Under the pieces are notes generated by a model. The model did not search any database and was not told the origin of the DNA. It saw nothing but the letters and a program-made list of their open reading frames with translations. A DNA stretch of 64,000 nt from Massalongia carnosa. Taxonomy: Eukaryota. This document shows, piece after piece, positions 61,473 to 64,000 of the stretch. Every line of letters begins with the position of its first letter. Position 1 is the stretch's first letter. The stretch is taken from assembly GCA_965645245.1 (NCBI GenBank), contig OZ287072.1, positions 2,604,001-2,668,000 of the forward strand, read 5' to 3'. A program made the translations under genes and the position numbers.

Positions 61473-63250
61473 CAGTCGGGTCTAGGAAGTGACCGAACAG
61501 CGCACGTTCCACCCCCATTTTACCCCTCACCCCTAATGATGAAAATCACCCCAATCAATCAATTTCCAACTTGATGCTTTGAAACCTACATATTTCGTCA
61601 AATACTGTATGCTGAAGAAGATTAAGTTATCAGTATTTAATAGAACCCCCTTTAGCCTTAATAAGAAAGCAAATACGCTCAGGCATGCTCTCAATGCACC
61701 GTCTGAAGTCCTCCTCAGTCAACAGCTCCCATTCCTCCCGAATAGCCTGCTCCATGGCCTCAATTGTATGGATTTGGTGACGACGGGCACTGACCCGTAT
61801 TTTGATAATACGCCAGAGATTCTCAATGGGATTCTGTTGAAACGCGCCTGGATAATGGGAGGCAGGTTGTCTGGGACGATAAAGGTACAAGAATAAGTGC
61901 TGAATAGCTGAATATTTATTATACCGAATAGCTACCTGATAACGACTGAATAGATAAAATACATGAGAAATCAACGCCTTATTATACCTAAAGAATATTA
62001 CCCCTATTCGGCTTTGCTGACCGAACTTCGCAACTTTCGAATGTACGAAGCCGAAAGGATTGATAATCTGATGAGGCCATTGTCGCCATGTATGTCAAAA
62101 TAGCTATAATAGCTTATTCATCTTCTCGCGGTTTATCATGCCGTAAAAGAGTGATTTGAAATCTCATCCCGCCACATTAGAAATCGAACTCGTTAAATAT
62201 TTTGCGATTACCCAATTGAGCTTAGCTAAAAATAGTTATGCGGGAATTCAAGAAAATGCGGCAACTTAGGAAATTCGCAACAGATTCAAATCGGGTGACT
62301 GAGGTGGCCAAGCCATGCGTAAAAGCCCGTTTCGTCTTCCCCAATCAATCACCTTTTTCGAAGTATGATAGCTGGCTCCGTCATCCATCCAGATCGTCAA
62401 ACCTCGCCTAGTCAAGCATGCTTCATAAAACGAGAGCCCTAAAGGCCGTAGCACCTCGTCAATGTAGATATCTGAATTCATTCGTCTCCCCTTATTCAAA
62501 ACGAGCATAGGGCCTTTTTCACCCAATCGTATGCTAGCCCAGATGCCCACAGTGCTTCGTCCGCTTTTGAATGTAGGCTTCAGATATCTAGACTCCATGG
62601 CCGTGCCTTTTCGTCTCGTGACGTAGCACGAGCGAGTGTCTAAACCAGTTTCAAACGTAGCTTCATCTGTCCATATAACTCGGCCCCAATCTTCTACCGT
62701 CCAATGCTTATGCTCCTTGCCCCATTTTAGCCTGATTGCTTTGTGACGTGCTGATAGAAACGGCTTTTTTCTAGCCCTGAAACGGAAATAGCCACCGAGC
62801 TTCAGATATTTTCGTACGGTGACGCGAGAGAGCTTTTGACCCGATTTGGAAGGGGTAGTCAGGGCCAGCAAATTATCGTGTGGATTTTTCTCAACATGGC
62901 GAATCAATGCCCGTCTGGCACGGACATTTAGCTTGGTTGGCCGACCAGTACGTTTTTTGGGAACGGAAGAGGCGTCGGCTTGTCTCTTAGCTCTATGAAC
63001 TATGGTGACTACGGTGGAACGGGCCAGCCGAACTTGACGGGCTATTTCAGCATAGGATAAGTGGACTTCATGAAGGGCTACAACGATAGCAATGGTTTCA
63101 GACGAGTGTTCACGTCTGGCCGTCTTGGGTTTAGAAGGCATTTCGTTGATCAGATGAAAATTGATGTAGAAAGGGGGGGGTGAAGTAAGGGGGGAATTTA
63201 GATGAGGGGAAATTAAGCGAAGTGTTTGCTGACTTCCTAGACCCGATTTG
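61473..63250 (-). mobile_element. Tc1 element copy B (1778 bp), near-identical to copy A but lacking the Copia
   Basis: TA flanks (61471-72, 63251-52) within LINE ORF2 (HSY|HPRAFK); transposase 63141-61630 split by the same 448-bp insert. Confidence 0.95.
61835..62282. mobile_element. 448-bp solo-LTR-like insert in Tc1 copy B
   Basis: Reverse complement of 23636-24083 with the same TSD (GATTC on + strand). Confidence 0.88.
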
Positions 63251-64000
63251 TACCACCCGCGGGCCTTCAAAATGGCAAACACAATAGCGCTGAAAAAAAT
63301 AGGCAAAGGAGACTATACCACGCCGAAAGTCTACCGACCAATTGCACTGCTCAACACGCTCAGTAAAGTTATGGAATCTATCAGTGGATCGAAAATAACC
63401 TATCTAGCGGAAACACACCGGCTCCTACCCGACACACAAATGGGAGCAAGGAAGGGCAGATCCACAGAGGCAGCACTGGAACTGCTCACTGAATAGGTTC
63501 ACACGATTTGGGGACAGGGAAAAGACAAAAGTAGCCACACTGCTAAGCATGGACGTCGCCGGCGCGTTCGATACGGTATCACATCAACGACTAACGCACA
63601 ACCTACGGAAAAGAAAAATTCCAAAATGGATCACCGACTGGTTAAACAGCTTTCTGAGCGATCGAAGCACCACTTTAGCAATAAATCGAAAAGCCACCGG
63701 GCGGTTTGCGGTAAGAAAGGGTATCCCGCAGGGCTCTCCCCTGTCATCCATTCTTTACCTATTTTACAATGCAGATCTATTGGAAATATTTGATCGACCA
63801 GGCAAAATCACAAGTGCCATAGGATTCGTAGACGACGCAAACATTTTGGCATATGCAAAAAGCACCGAGGAAAACTGCAAAACTCTATAGGCAATACACA
63901 GACAATGTGAGACGTGGGCTTCCCGGCACGGGTCCGTATTCGCTCCGACGAAGTACAAACTCATACACTTGTCCAGAAATCCCAAAAGATTCAACATGAC

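Larger units (their letters stand above)
58220..64000 (+). mobile_element. Tad1-like LINE (non-LTR retrotransposon), decayed, runs off the window
   Basis: ORF1 with three knuckles followed directly by ORF2 with APE endonuclease and RT motifs; carries two insertions. Confidence 0.92.
59728..64000 (+). pseudogene. LINE ORF2 (APE endonuclease + RT), multiple stops, interrupted twice
   Basis: ILQFNV, IIAIQE, LLGDFNLHH, TIDL, SDH; KAPGPDGI, YRPIALLNTL, PQGSPLS, FVDD. Confidence 0.9.

Noticed and set aside
1..64000. rRNA, tRNA or prokaryotic operon features
   Set aside because: None recognised; the many short overlapping ORFs are antisense or alternate frames of TE genes.

Overview
Eukaryotic, almost certainly filamentous-ascomycete DNA (short GT..CTRAC/ACTAA..AG introns, a Zn2Cys6 exon, fungal TE families). 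It is a transposon-saturated accessory region with no housekeeping genes. The only clearly intact cellular gene is a four-exon patatin/NB-ARC/TPR NLR (11915-19463, minus, about 2462 aa spliced). Its 39 near-identical 126-bp TPR units vary at only a few codons. It lies just downstream of a decayed DUF3435-type tyrosine recombinase (Starship captain-like). The rest is layered mobile DNA whose ends and target-site duplications can mostly be read directly: three full LTR elements (GalEa-like Copia, tRNA-primed Copia, chromovirus Gypsy), a Gypsy relic, five Tc1/IS630-type elements, three Mutator-like elements, a Tad1-like LINE and three solo-LTR-like inserts. Scattered among these are TPR, HET-like, transcription-factor and methyltransferase fragments. 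The most unusual items are a long-TIR Tc1 element carrying a large convergent second gene, a DD38E Tc1-like element with a 5-bp rather than TA duplication, and the combinatorial TPR code of the NLR. Family names come from motif recognition only; no searches were run.
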